Shown: piece by piece, positions 1 to 8,493 of the stretch
How the letters are laid out: each line of letters begins with the position of its first letter
Numbering within the stretch: position 1 is the stretch's first letter
Source: a virus
Direction: 5' to 3' (one strand)
IMG/VR virus record: IMGVR_UViG_3300017991_002758
Location: 1 to 64,000 of that record
DNA: 64,000 nucleotides
Made by a program: the position numbers and the translations under genes
The notes under the pieces: generated by a model
The model's input: only the letters and a program-made list of their open reading frames with translations
Databases searched by the model: none
What the model was told of the DNA's origin: nothing

Positions 1-1
1 C

Positions 2-436
2 ACCGATGCTGACACGGATTCCGATGCAGATGGAGATACAGGAGAATTATGCGATTCAGCTCCGGACGTTGCTGGCACCTGGTGCGATCCAGACACTGGC
101 CTGATTTGGGATGTTGCCGGTTCGCCTTGGCCATCAGATACCTGGGTGCCCATGTACAACTACTGTGTAAATCTGGAGATAGGAGACCTGGATAATTGGA
201 GAATGCCTTTAATAGGTGAGCTTCAAGGACTGATCAAACCAGAGGGATCTTCTGGATGTCACTGGAATGAAGATGTGTTCGGGACAGCTTGCGATCTCGA
301 TCATTACTGGTCTGATCCCGGCGTACCATACCCATTTACAGGAGCACAGGCTGTCGACTTTCAGACCGGAGCCACGGTGACATTGCTGGCCGATTCACAT
401 ACCGCGCTGGTCCGATGCATTTATGTAGGGAGTTAG
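2..436 (+). CDS. Lcl C-terminal/DUF1566-like protein, 5'-truncated by the window edge
   Basis: Frame open from base 2: TDADTDSDADGD linker, D-x-x-TGLIW, WRMP..GEL, YWS and terminal VRC motifs typical of DUF1566. Confidence 0.75.
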   Translation, partial: TDADTDSDADGDTGELCDSAPDVAGTWCDPDTGLIWDVAGSPWPSDTWVPMYNYCVNLEIGDLDNWRMPLIGELQGLIKPEGSSGCHWNEDVFGTACDLDHYWSDPGVPYPFTGAQAVDFQTGATVTLLADSHTALVRCIYVGS

Positions 437-462
437 AAAACAGATTTAAAAGGAGGAGGCAT

Positions 463-696
463 ATGAATCTGATAACAGTAGAGCAAGTGAAGACCGCAGC
501 CGAGGCCTTCATTGCACAGCACAGAAAATATTTCCCGGTTGCAATAGCAGTAGAAGTTCTGGACATGATTGTACCGGGAACCGCTCTGCTTTTGTTGATG
601 GAAAAACCACCAACGGGAGTCAGGGCGACGATGGCCTACGGAATAGGTGTCGCTTTTCTAAGGTTGGCCAAGCGATTAGATCAGCATAACGCATGA
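463..696 (+). CDS. hypothetical protein
   Basis: AGGAGG RBS before ATG 463; ATGA overlap with the next gene. Confidence 0.6.
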   Translation: MNLITVEQVKTAAEAFIAQHRKYFPVAIAVEVLDMIVPGTALLLLMEKPPTGVRATMAYGIGVAFLRLAKRLDQHNA

Positions 697-1289
697 CCGT
701 ATCATTGGACGAGATGACGCACGACGACCTGATCGAGCGCGCCCGAGTTTGGTTGCTTAGATCTGTTAGGCACGCCGACGATTGGTCTAATAACCGCGGT
801 CCATGTCCTCTGGTAATTACTGAGATGACCAGCGCGGCGCGCGAAACACCAGACGCCATTGGCTGGAGCCGTGGGTTCTCATTCCTTGTTGAGTGCAAGG
901 CCAGCCGTAACGACTTCAAGGCCGATCAGCGAAAGTTCTTTCGTAGAGAGCCCGGTTACGGCATTGGCGACTTTCGGTATTACATGACGCCGAGAGGACT
1001 TCTGAAGCAGGAAGAGCTTCCTGCCAAATGGGGATTGTTGGAAGTCGGCGAAACAGGATTTATCAGCCTGATCAAAAAGTCGGAGAAGTTCGAGATCGAT
1101 TTTGCCGAGGAGCGCCTGCTCCTCTTGTCTCTTATTCGCCGGCTGGATGTAAAACCTGATGCAAATCATATCAAGGTGAAGGCCTACACAATAGACGACG
1201 GCCGGCCTCCGAGGGCGACCGTTACATTCAACAAAAGGAGAGCAGCCGAAGATGGAATGTGTGAAATGCAGGAAGACGATAGACGCTGA
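693..1289 (+). CDS. MmcB-like PD-(D/E)xK nuclease-fold protein
   Basis: PDAIGW...VECKASRNDFKAD...YYMTP..LL...ELP..WGLL. Confidence 0.7.
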   Translation: MTVSLDEMTHDDLIERARVWLLRSVRHADDWSNNRGPCPLVITEMTSAARETPDAIGWSRGFSFLVECKASRNDFKADQRKFFRREPGYGIGDFRYYMTPRGLLKQEELPAKWGLLEVGETGFISLIKKSEKFEIDFAEERLLLLSLIRRLDVKPDANHIKVKAYTIDDGRPPRATVTFNKRRAAEDGMCEMQEDDRR

Positions 1290-1773
1290 GCACCCGGCAA
1301 CCAAAATGGAAGAGGGCTGGGTGCATGACGCCTGTTCGGATATTCCGCTGTTTAATATCAAAGGAGCAGCCATGACAACAGACGAGATCGTTGAGCACTT
1401 GAACAAGATAGAGACCGAGCCAGTAACCTGGTTCAAGGTGAAGGAGGGCACGGTCAGTTGGCGAACCGATCCGGTGGGTATCTCGAGTGTGGAAATCATT
1501 GAGGCCTGTCGCGACAGCGGTGGGCCACTAAAATGTCGCGAGTGTGGCCGTGAGGTTCTACGCTCAGAACCGGAGATTCATTACATCGAGGACGGCAAAT
1601 GCGACTGCAAGGAATGTCACGACCACTGCATTGCGGAGCTCCAGCTCGAGGACGAGGACGACACCGATCCCGAGTACACGCCATGCCCGGAATGCGGCTG
1701 CCTTGTCGGTTTGGACGAATCGTCATGTGCAGCCTGTGGCATGGCCTTCGAGCAAGACGGGGTGCTGGTATGA
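1252..1773 (+). CDS. Cys-rich multi-zinc-ribbon hypothetical protein
   Basis: Several CxxC pairs (CVKC, CREC, CKEC, CPEC, CAAC). Confidence 0.55.
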   Translation: MECVKCRKTIDAEHPATKMEEGWVHDACSDIPLFNIKGAAMTTDEIVEHLNKIETEPVTWFKVKEGTVSWRTDPVGISSVEIIEACRDSGGPLKCRECGREVLRSEPEIHYIEDGKCDCKECHDHCIAELQLEDEDDTDPEYTPCPECGCLVGLDESSCAACGMAFEQDGVLV

Positions 1774-1851
1774 GTGCGGCGACTGTTCGACTGTACCCAA
1801 CACTGACGGAGTTGCAGCGCAAGAAACTTGTTGAGTTTTTGGGTTTTGGTG

Positions 1852-2883
1852 ATGCGTGAGCTGGCACTTTTTGCAGGGGCAGGAGGCGGCTTGCTGGCCT
1901 CACGATTGCTTGGATGGCGCACCATCTGCGCTGTCGAAATCGATCCCTACTGCCAGCAAAGGCTACTCGACAGACAGCGGGACAAGTGTTTGCCGCGATT
2001 CCCAGTATGGGACGATGTTTGCACATTCGACGGACACCCCTGGCGCGGACGCGTCGATGTCATCAGCGGAGGATTCCCGTGCCAGGATATCAGTGCGGCG
2101 GGTCAAGGTGCTGGAATTACCGGATCGCGTTCTGGACTTATCTTCGAAATGCTCAGAATCGTTGATGAAGTGCGGCCTACGTTTGTGTTCGCGGAAAACA
2201 GTCCGCAGCTTCGTACCAAGGGGCTGGCCACAATCGTCGAGAGATTTATCAGCATGGGGTATGTGGGACGAGTCGGGGTACTGGGAGCTGGGGACATCGG
2301 TGCAAACCATGAGCGAAAACGAATGTGGATCGTTGCCGTCTCCAAGGGCCTCATATGCGGACAGGGGAGGGCGGGGCGACCTGCTACAGGCGCTCAGAGG
2401 CAACAGCAACTCCCATTTCTCTGTGAAAGTGCCGACGCCAAGAGCAAACAAGTGGGGGCTGGAGGACAGCCACGGGAGTGTGGGTGGATGGGAGGGAGTA
2501 TTGGAAATGCTGCCAACTCCGACAGTATGCGGGGACTACGCCCGGAAGGGGGCGTCCTCCAGATCGGGCAATGGTTTGGCTACGGTATTGAACAAATTAC
2601 CCACCCCAAAAGTGCGGGAGGGTATAGATTGCAGATCGGAAAGGGCACGCCATGCACCAAATCTGGGGACAACACTAAATATGAGAATGAGAACAAAGTC
2701 ACTGACTGGTGGCGTCTACCCCGCTTTGCGGGAGTGGATGATGGGGTGGCCGATAGGTTGGACCGCATCAAAGCCACTGGCAACGGACAGGTTCCGGGAG
2801 TGGCTGCGCTCGTTTGGAGTGTGCTCACAAGTGATCTCACCGCTGTTAAGGCACGACAAAGAAGCGAAGGAAATCAGGAGTGA
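1852..2883 (+). CDS. C5 cytosine DNA methyltransferase, catalytic (alpha-type) polypeptide
   Basis: Motifs I (LFAGAGG), II (AVEID), IV (GGFPCQDIS), VI (AENSP), VIII (HERKRMWI), X (DRIKATGNGQVP); no motif IX in this frame. Confidence 0.92.
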   Translation: MRELALFAGAGGGLLASRLLGWRTICAVEIDPYCQQRLLDRQRDKCLPRFPVWDDVCTFDGHPWRGRVDVISGGFPCQDISAAGQGAGITGSRSGLIFEMLRIVDEVRPTFVFAENSPQLRTKGLATIVERFISMGYVGRVGVLGAGDIGANHERKRMWIVAVSKGLICGQGRAGRPATGAQRQQQLPFLCESADAKSKQVGAGGQPRECGWMGGSIGNAANSDSMRGLRPEGGVLQIGQWFGYGIEQITHPKSAGGYRLQIGKGTPCTKSGDNTKYENENKVTDWWRLPRFAGVDDGVADRLDRIKATGNGQVPGVAALVWSVLTSDLTAVKARQRSEGNQE

Positions 2884-3052
2884 TAAGATGGCGAAGCATC
2901 AGGATATTTGTAGCGGCGAAGAACTGACGTTCATTTGTGAGTGTTGTGGTGAGGAGTGCGGTGCGTGCTACGGAGCTTACGATGACTATCCAGAACTTTG
3001 CGACGATTGCTGGGCCGAGATTCCCAAAAAGGAGGAACGAGATGACGTTTGA
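1856..3052 (+). CDS. Overlapping alternative-frame ORF: putative beta polypeptide of the methyltransferase (motif IX plus PTP repeats)
   Basis: 398 codons without a stop across the MTase gene; contains YPALREWMMGWPIGWT (motif IX-like) and four (L/V)P(T/S)P repeats; true start uncertain. Confidence 0.7.
   Translation: MSWHFLQGQEAACWPHDCLDGAPSALSKSIPTASKGYSTDSGTSVCRDSQYGTMFAHSTDTPGADASMSSAEDSRARISVRRVKVLELPDRVLDLSSKCSESLMKCGLRLCSRKTVRSFVPRGWPQSSRDLSAWGMWDESGYWELGTSVQTMSENECGSLPSPRASYADRGGRGDLLQALRGNSNSHFSVKVPTPRANKWGLEDSHGSVGGWEGVLEMLPTPTVCGDYARKGASSRSGNGLATVLNKLPTPKVREGIDCRSERARHAPNLGTTLNMRMRTKSLTGGVYPALREWMMGWPIGWTASKPLATDRFREWLRSFGVCSQVISPLLRHDKEAKEIRSDKMAKHQDICSGEELTFICECCGEECGACYGAYDDYPELCDDCWAEIPKKEERDDV
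2888..3052 (+). CDS. small Cys-rich protein (also the in-frame tail of the 1856 ORF)
   Basis: AGGAG RBS before ATG 2888; CECCGEECGAC...CDDC. Confidence 0.5.
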   Translation: MAKHQDICSGEELTFICECCGEECGACYGAYDDYPELCDDCWAEIPKKEERDDV

Positions 3053-3446
3053 GTTGTGGTACTTGGTGTTCGTCCCGTTGGCAGCCGTAATAGAGAGTAT
3101 ACTCCATGAGGCCTCGCACGCGGTCGTTGCCCGGACATTGGGGTACAAGAACGTGAAGATCTATCCTTGCCGGCTTCGGGTCGCCGGCCACTGGGCCTTT
3201 GGTGGGTTCTCATACCAATATGACAAGCCACATCCGGACGAGCGCGGAATGTGGATCGCGCCGGTTGCGACGGCCAATGTCGTGCTGTTCGTTTCGGTGT
3301 GCATTGCTGCCGTTCTGCAGAACACAATCCCGTTGGCATTCACGTTGTGCGCGCTGGTGGATCTCATTGTTTGGCTCAAGGGATATGCGAAGGGTAGCCC
3401 AGATCATGATGGGCAAAAGTATAGGAATTTCAAACAGAAAGGGTAA
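3042..3446 (+). CDS. membrane zinc metallopeptidase-like protein (M50/DUF3267-like)
   Basis: AGGAGG RBS; hydrophobic segments with HEASH, later IAP and a DGQ motif. Confidence 0.6.
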   Translation: MTFELWYLVFVPLAAVIESILHEASHAVVARTLGYKNVKIYPCRLRVAGHWAFGGFSYQYDKPHPDERGMWIAPVATANVVLFVSVCIAAVLQNTIPLAFTLCALVDLIVWLKGYAKGSPDHDGQKYRNFKQKG

Positions 3447-3450
3447 AGGC

Positions 3451-3732
3451 ATGGAGAAAACAAACGAACAGGAAGTAGGGCTTGGCGATTTAGCCAAAGA
3501 TAGCATCTCCGGTTTCGAGGGAATAGTTACCGGAATTACAGAGTGGCTGAACGGATGCAAGCGAGTAGCCGTTAGCCCCAGGGAATTGAAAGACAGTAAA
3601 CCCATCGAAGCTCAGTGGTTCGATGTTCAGCAGGTGGTTGTCGTTGAAAAGGGCATTTATTTCAAATCGGAATCGACCGTTCCTCCGGGTGGCCCTCAGA
3701 AAGATCCGTCCAATAATAGGATCGGAGGATAG
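3451..3732 (+). CDS. conserved phage hypothetical protein
   Basis: LGDLAKDSISGFEGIVTG..EWLNGC...WFD...PGGP pattern common in phages. Confidence 0.7.
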   Translation: MEKTNEQEVGLGDLAKDSISGFEGIVTGITEWLNGCKRVAVSPRELKDSKPIEAQWFDVQQVVVVEKGIYFKSESTVPPGGPQKDPSNNRIGG

Positions 3733-4311
3733 ATGACTGCGCCTCCGATCTGCCCATACTGCAACAACGAAGCCGAGCTCGTTGACAGCATCGAAGTCTA
3801 CGGCGTTAGCCACGGCAACATTTGGCTTTGCCGTCCATGCGAAGCCTACGTGGGCGTTCACCGCAATGACGATCTAAACAGGCCGCTCGGAACGCTGGCC
3901 AACGCGCAGCTCCGGGAATGGCGCCGGGCGGCGCACTCAGTTCTGGATCCACTTTGGCGGAAGAAGATCAGAAAGGAAGGCTGTTCGAAGGCTGAGGCCT
4001 GGCGCGCTGGTTACGAATGGCTTTCCAAGCAGATGGGCATTCCATTTGAGCGATGCCACATAGGGATGTTTGGCCTCGAGGAATGTCAAACGGTAGTACG
4101 GATCTGTTCGCCGGCGAACTTGCGAATACTCAGGCTTGCGAAGGAAGCCGGGTTACCACACGACACCAGTGGACCTGATGGTGAAGAAGGAGATCCATGT
4201 CGGTGTTGGGTCGAGCCCGTGGATGGCGAACTGATGATCTTCACAACCATAGATTCGCGAACGCCAGAAATATGCAGCAAAGCAGCCGGCACGATTATTA
4301 AGTGCCGTTGA
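3733..4311 (+). CDS. DUF3268-family zinc-finger protein
   Basis: CPYC...WLCRPCEAYVGVH...LGTLAN..LR..R..AH...DPLW...CHIGMF. Confidence 0.8.
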   Translation: MTAPPICPYCNNEAELVDSIEVYGVSHGNIWLCRPCEAYVGVHRNDDLNRPLGTLANAQLREWRRAAHSVLDPLWRKKIRKEGCSKAEAWRAGYEWLSKQMGIPFERCHIGMFGLEECQTVVRICSPANLRILRLAKEAGLPHDTSGPDGEEGDPCRCWVEPVDGELMIFTTIDSRTPEICSKAAGTIIKCR

Positions 4312-4327
4312 GAAGGAGAGGACATCA

Positions 4328-4624
4328 ATGAATCCAGATACCAACAGACTTGAAATGCTGAAGCTCGCATCTGACTCTGGAAGCGAAGCCGAGGAAAAAC
4401 TTCTGGATCTAATAAATCAGCAGAAGAAAGGCGAGTTTCACTACGATCTGGTCAGGCCTAACGGCAAGCCGGTTCCGAAACACTGGTCGATCTTCCGGAT
4501 CGGTGAGCAGGTCGTAGTTAAGGACTACACGTTCAAGGTCGCGTACGTCAATGAATCTGGACTTCTACTGGAGCCAGTTGGGCCAGTAATTATCGGAGAG
4601 AAGAAAGGAGAGGCAAATGGATAA
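4328..4624 (+). CDS. hypothetical protein
   Basis: ORF with RBS in a tightly packed operon. Confidence 0.6.
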   Translation: MNPDTNRLEMLKLASDSGSEAEEKLLDLINQQKKGEFHYDLVRPNGKPVPKHWSIFRIGEQVVVKDYTFKVAYVNESGLLLEPVGPVIIGEKKGEANG

Positions 4625-5111
4625 AAGTAAAAAAACTCCAGCAATTAGCGTAGCTCAATTACGAGAAGTGTTGGATGAATATGATGACGACACCATGATC
4701 TTGCCCCAGGTAGTTTCCCGGGACGGCATGCAGGCCTGGAACATGATGCTCGATGCCGCGGTGCCATTTGGGAAAGAATGGGGTGAGGGATCTTTGCTGC
4801 TTCAGATGTCGCATCCCGAGTTGGACCAGTTGCCCAAGGTCGAAAAGGTTGAGGCCCAGCGCATGGGCTTCCGTGTTGGTGTCATGTTCAAGACTTTGGG
4901 CAGCGAAGTTGATGTCGAGATTACCACTGAGCACAGTCCGGAGCTCACGGAAGAAGGTAAACTCCTGGCACTAATGCTTGGGGTTCAACGACAGGCTACG
5001 AAGTTGGGCAAAAGCGGAGACGAGGCCGTTGCCGAACTGAAGAAAACATTCGCCCAGGCGACAATAACAGCGTACATGCGAACATTGGTCGCCGGGCAAA
5101 AACCGAATTAA
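4617..5111 (+). CDS. hypothetical protein
   Basis: ORF with GGAG RBS overlapping the previous gene. Confidence 0.6.
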   Translation: MDKSKKTPAISVAQLREVLDEYDDDTMILPQVVSRDGMQAWNMMLDAAVPFGKEWGEGSLLLQMSHPELDQLPKVEKVEAQRMGFRVGVMFKTLGSEVDVEITTEHSPELTEEGKLLALMLGVQRQATKLGKSGDEAVAELKKTFAQATITAYMRTLVAGQKPN

Positions 5112-5124
5112 AAAGGAGAAAGTC

Positions 5125-5439
5125 ATGGACAAGAGCGAATTTAAAAGAGTTGCGAAGGTGAAATACGAAAGGGTCATCACCTACGGAGAAAAGCGAACCG
5201 ACGGAAAAGGACATCGGGAAGGTACGGCAAAGCTGAGATGTCTTCACTGCGGTGGCATCTACAATGCCGGCGAGTACAGGCCGGCGGTGGTAACCATGAA
5301 AAGCGAGAAGCTGTACGACCACAAAGGCAAACTGCTGGAGGAAAACAAGTTGGATGAAAAACCATTCAATGCCGAGGCATGTCCGTTCAACGGATGCGAC
5401 GGGTGGGTTGATTCCGACGGCTTTCCGGTCAAGGACTAA
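5125..5439 (+). CDS. hypothetical zinc-ribbon protein
   Basis: AAGGAG RBS; CLHC...CPFNGC. Confidence 0.6.
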   Translation: MDKSEFKRVAKVKYERVITYGEKRTDGKGHREGTAKLRCLHCGGIYNAGEYRPAVVTMKSEKLYDHKGKLLEENKLDEKPFNAEACPFNGCDGWVDSDGFPVKD

Positions 5440-5457
5440 ACGCAGAAAGATCGGACT

Positions 5458-5751
5458 GTGATTGTGCTTGCACCAGAGCTTGACGGTCGCCGGGTTCGCC
5501 TCCTGGAGGCAGTGTACTGGAAGGCGGCCGTGCGCGAGGGCAATGCCGCGGGAAAGGTGAAGGGCTGGCAGTTGGGCACACTCCGGTACCGGCAAAGTGT
5601 GCCGCGGATCTTCCATGTGGAATTCGACCGCACGAAACCGGAAACCTCCGGCGGAATATTCGGTGTCGGCGGCGAAGGTGGCCAGGTGGGATTCTTGGAG
5701 TTACTCGAGGACCGTCCGCAAATGTCGCTGTTCGAAACGCAGAAAGGATAA
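5458..5751 (+). CDS. hypothetical protein
   Basis: ORF fills the gap between neighbours. Confidence 0.45.
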   Translation: MIVLAPELDGRRVRLLEAVYWKAAVREGNAAGKVKGWQLGTLRYRQSVPRIFHVEFDRTKPETSGGIFGVGGEGGQVGFLELLEDRPQMSLFETQKG

Positions 5752-5755
5752 ACTG

Positions 5756-6226
5756 ATGAGCGGCGAAGGACTGACCAAGGAAATGATCGAGAACGCTATA
5801 AGCGAAATGCTGGCGGCAACGAATCCCGGCGACGCCTATGCGCGAATCATGTCCCGAGCTGATTCGGCGAAAATACTTACCAATTGCTTTGGGCCCAAAC
5901 CGCCAGGGTGGATACTTCATCAGCAGCGTCTGGACGGATTCTCCTGGGTGAACCCGAAACGAAAACTGTACGTGATTGCCTCAATGCTGCAAACTAATGA
6001 CGGAGGCAAGTGGCTTCACCTGTCCATCAGCCACCGGAAGAGAATCCCCACGTACGACGAGATGAAATATCTCAAGCGCCACTGGGCCGGCCCGATGGAA
6101 AAGGCAATTGAAATTCACGTCGCCGACGAGGAGCATTACAACTACTGCGAGAGAGCTCGTCATCTTTGGGTAAGTCTGGACGGAGATCCTCTGCCGGATT
6201 TCACCTGTGGGACAGGTCGAATATGA
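5756..6226 (+). CDS. conserved phage protein (WxHxSxS...PTYDEM...HLW family)
   Basis: WLHLSISHRKRIPTYDEM..LK...HYN...HLW pattern widespread in phages. Confidence 0.7.
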   Translation: MSGEGLTKEMIENAISEMLAATNPGDAYARIMSRADSAKILTNCFGPKPPGWILHQQRLDGFSWVNPKRKLYVIASMLQTNDGGKWLHLSISHRKRIPTYDEMKYLKRHWAGPMEKAIEIHVADEEHYNYCERARHLWVSLDGDPLPDFTCGTGRI

Positions 6227-6324
6227 AAGTGCGATCTTGACGGAAATGTAACACGGCCCGAGAACTACCACCCACCGAATAAAACACCACACGTTCAGAG
6301 AAGCAGGACATGCCAGGAATCATT

Positions 6325-6386
6325 GCGTATATACGCTTGACAGGCCGGTCAGCTCGCATTATTACTGATGTGTGGTGTATATACGC
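6325..6386 (+). promoter_or_regulatory. sigma70-like promoter flanked by two GTATATAC palindromic operators
   Basis: GCGTATATACGC 6325-6336, TTGACA 6337-6342, imperfect -10 TATTAC 6360-6365 (17-nt spacer), GTGTATATACGC 6375-6386. Confidence 0.6.
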
Positions 6387-6578
6387 GAGAAGAAGAGAAC
6401 CGAGCAGTTGAACCTGCGGGTCACGCCGGAGGAGAAGGACGCGATCCGTGCCGCGGCGGAGGAGAATAACATCACCGTCACCGAATTGATGGTGACTGCC
6501 ACCTTTGACAAAATAAAAGACGAGGCCAGGGGATTCAAGGGCACGCTGCGCAGAATCAGGGAGGTTGAGAACATATGA
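6372..6578 (+). CDS. ribbon-helix-helix DNA-binding protein (DUF1778-like)
   Basis: KRTEQLNLRVTPEEKDAIRAAA....TVTELM. Confidence 0.8.
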   Translation: MVYIREKKRTEQLNLRVTPEEKDAIRAAAEENNITVTELMVTATFDKIKDEARGFKGTLRRIREVENI

Positions 6579-7243
6579 CCGGCAAGAAAAAAAATAAGGA
6601 TAAAAAAACCGACAATACGGTCAAACCGACAAAAGAAGTTAAAGTGCAGAAAGGTAGAAAACCATCGCAAAAGCCAGTTGCAAAGAAGCCGGGGGAAAAA
6701 AAGACAACAGCGCCGAGGATTTCGGCCGCCACCTACAATAAGCTCCAGGAGTCGTACTTCGAGCGCCAGTCGATCAATGCCGCGGCCAAGGCAGCGAAGG
6801 TTCATTTTAATACAGCGAAATGTTACATCGACGGCCCGGGAAAGCCCGAGGTTGGACTCGTTCCAATAAAGCAGATTTGGCTTGATGTTCAGACTGAGGC
6901 GCAAGAGCGAAAGCAGCTCACGTTGGTGAAATTCCAGGAGAAAATGGTAACCGAGGTGGAGACCATCGTTGAGACCAACATTGCCGAGCTGAGGTTGATT
7001 CGAGCTGAAGTTCAGCGTCGGGTCAAGAACTACAAGGACAGCCAGGGCACGAACATTGAAACAGGCTCGTCGATGAATTCCGCGCTGAAGTCATACGAGC
7101 GCGCCGTCAAGCTCATGGAGCATTTGCTCGGCAAACCGGATCTTACAGTGAAGCACGAGGGCGAGGATCGGTACGCGAGCTGGACCGATGACGAGATATT
7201 GGATTACATGGAGACGGGCAAGCTACCCGATCATGCCAGGTAA
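6575..7243 (+). CDS. putative terminase small subunit / HTH protein
   Basis: Lys-rich N-terminus, HTH-like SINAAAKAAKVHFNTAKCY, helical core; upstream of TerL; positional inference. Confidence 0.5.
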   Translation: MTGKKKNKDKKTDNTVKPTKEVKVQKGRKPSQKPVAKKPGEKKTTAPRISAATYNKLQESYFERQSINAAAKAAKVHFNTAKCYIDGPGKPEVGLVPIKQIWLDVQTEAQERKQLTLVKFQEKMVTEVETIVETNIAELRLIRAEVQRRVKNYKDSQGTNIETGSSMNSALKSYERAVKLMEHLLGKPDLTVKHEGEDRYASWTDDEILDYMETGKLPDHAR

Positions 7244-7360
7244 GCGCGGGTGGCGGAATGGCAGACGTGCTCCCAGGTTAGGGGAGTGCCGGGAAATAAG
7301 CAAACCTCTTCGGGAGGACCGAATACCCGGCGATTGCAGGTTCGAGTCCTGCGCCGCGCA
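7244..7360 (+). ncRNA. tRNA-like element (Leu/Ser-type D arm, canonical T arm, ~50-nt variable region, aberrant anticodon loop)
   Basis: GCGCGG/CCGCGC acceptor stem; TGGCGGAATGGCAGACG D arm; CTCCC/GGGAG stem with loop AGGTTAG; GCAGG-TTCGAGT-CCTGC T arm; no encoded CCA. Confidence 0.7.
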
Positions 7361-7373
7361 CACGGAGGTAGGC

Positions 7374-7577
7374 ATGGAGAATAAAGTCACTGAAATCGGA
7401 GGGTTCAAGGTCATTGAATGTGATGAGGTTGAGCCCGGCGTGGTCTATGCCGTCATTGGCCTCGGGTTCTATAATCCAGCGATTCTTCCTCGGCATGTCG
7501 TTTCCCGGGATGAGGATGGCGTGGCCCTGGGATTCAATGACGCGGTAAAAGTAATCGATTGCGGAAGGAATAGGTGA
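7374..7577 (+). CDS. hypothetical protein
   Basis: GGAGGT RBS before ATG 7374. Confidence 0.55.
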   Translation: MENKVTEIGGFKVIECDEVEPGVVYAVIGLGFYNPAILPRHVVSRDEDGVALGFNDAVKVIDCGRNR

Positions 7578-7581
7578 GCCA

Positions 7582-7836
7582 ATGGGTACTCCGGTAGATT
7601 TTAAGGAGATCGCTAACAGGGTCATCGATGGGATGATGGGCGAACTGACTGATGACGGTTGGGACATACTGGCAACGCATGTTCTTGACGGCCTATGCCA
7701 GAGAGTTTCCGATCTGACGAATGAACTGGACCAAGTTAGAGCTCGGCGCGCTGACGCTATTCGCATCATCGAGGAAAAACGCAAGGAAATCCACGACCTG
7801 AAAGAACGGGTCGCGCAATTGGAAAGGGAGAGGTAA
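7582..7836 (+). CDS. coiled-coil hypothetical protein
   Basis: Heptad-like C-terminal half. Confidence 0.6.
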   Translation: MGTPVDFKEIANRVIDGMMGELTDDGWDILATHVLDGLCQRVSDLTNELDQVRARRADAIRIIEEKRKEIHDLKERVAQLERER

Positions 7837-7840
7837 TCAC

Positions 7841-8485
7841 ATGGCAGAAGAGCAAGTCGAGAAAATTGTACCCGAGGTGCATTGCGCGCATACCGAAATG
7901 GTATCGCTGGTGAAGTTGGTTCCGAATCCGCGCAACCCCAATCGCCACCCTGAGCGCCAGATACAATTACTGGCGAAGATCATAACGGTTCAGGGCTGGC
8001 GTGCGCCGGTCACCATCTCCAATAGGTCAGGTTTCATTGTCAGAGGCCATGGCCGGTACGAGGCGGCCAAGCTTCTCAGTTTGGATGAGGTTCCGGTCGA
8101 CTACCAGGATTACGAGAGCGACGCCGCTGAGTGGGCCGACCTCATCGCCGACAACCGAATCGCCGAGTTGAGCGAGATGGATACCGTCGCTCTCAAGGAC
8201 CTGATGACGGAGATGGACAGCGGAGCCATCGATATGGACCTGACCGGGTTCGACAAGGATGCGCTCGAGGACCTGATGACCTGGGCTCCCGGCGATGGAG
8301 ATCTGCCGCCGGATTTACCCGAGCCACCGGTTTCAGGAGAGGACGACTCGATGGGCAAGCTGATGTTGGTTTACGAGACCGACGAGGAGCGCGAGGAGTG
8401 GCTGAGGCTCCTTGGGCTTGAAGGCACGGGTAATCAAGTGGTGTTTTGCCTGGACGACGTGAGGCACGATTCTGAGGGCGAGTAG
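7841..8485 (+). CDS. ParB/Srx N-terminal domain protein
   Basis: LVPNPRNPNRH...QI..L...I...GWRAPV...IVRGHGRYEAAK.L...VPV...IADNRIAE. Confidence 0.92.
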   Translation: MAEEQVEKIVPEVHCAHTEMVSLVKLVPNPRNPNRHPERQIQLLAKIITVQGWRAPVTISNRSGFIVRGHGRYEAAKLLSLDEVPVDYQDYESDAAEWADLIADNRIAELSEMDTVALKDLMTEMDSGAIDMDLTGFDKDALEDLMTWAPGDGDLPPDLPEPPVSGEDDSMGKLMLVYETDEEREEWLRLLGLEGTGNQVVFCLDDVRHDSEGE

Positions 8486-8493
8486 GAGGCGGT

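Noticed and set aside
7244-7360. tRNA-Sec (selC) or a normal tRNA-Asn/Leu
   Set aside because: No UCA anticodon, no 8-bp acceptor or extended D stem; the loop lacks U33 and the variable region is far too long
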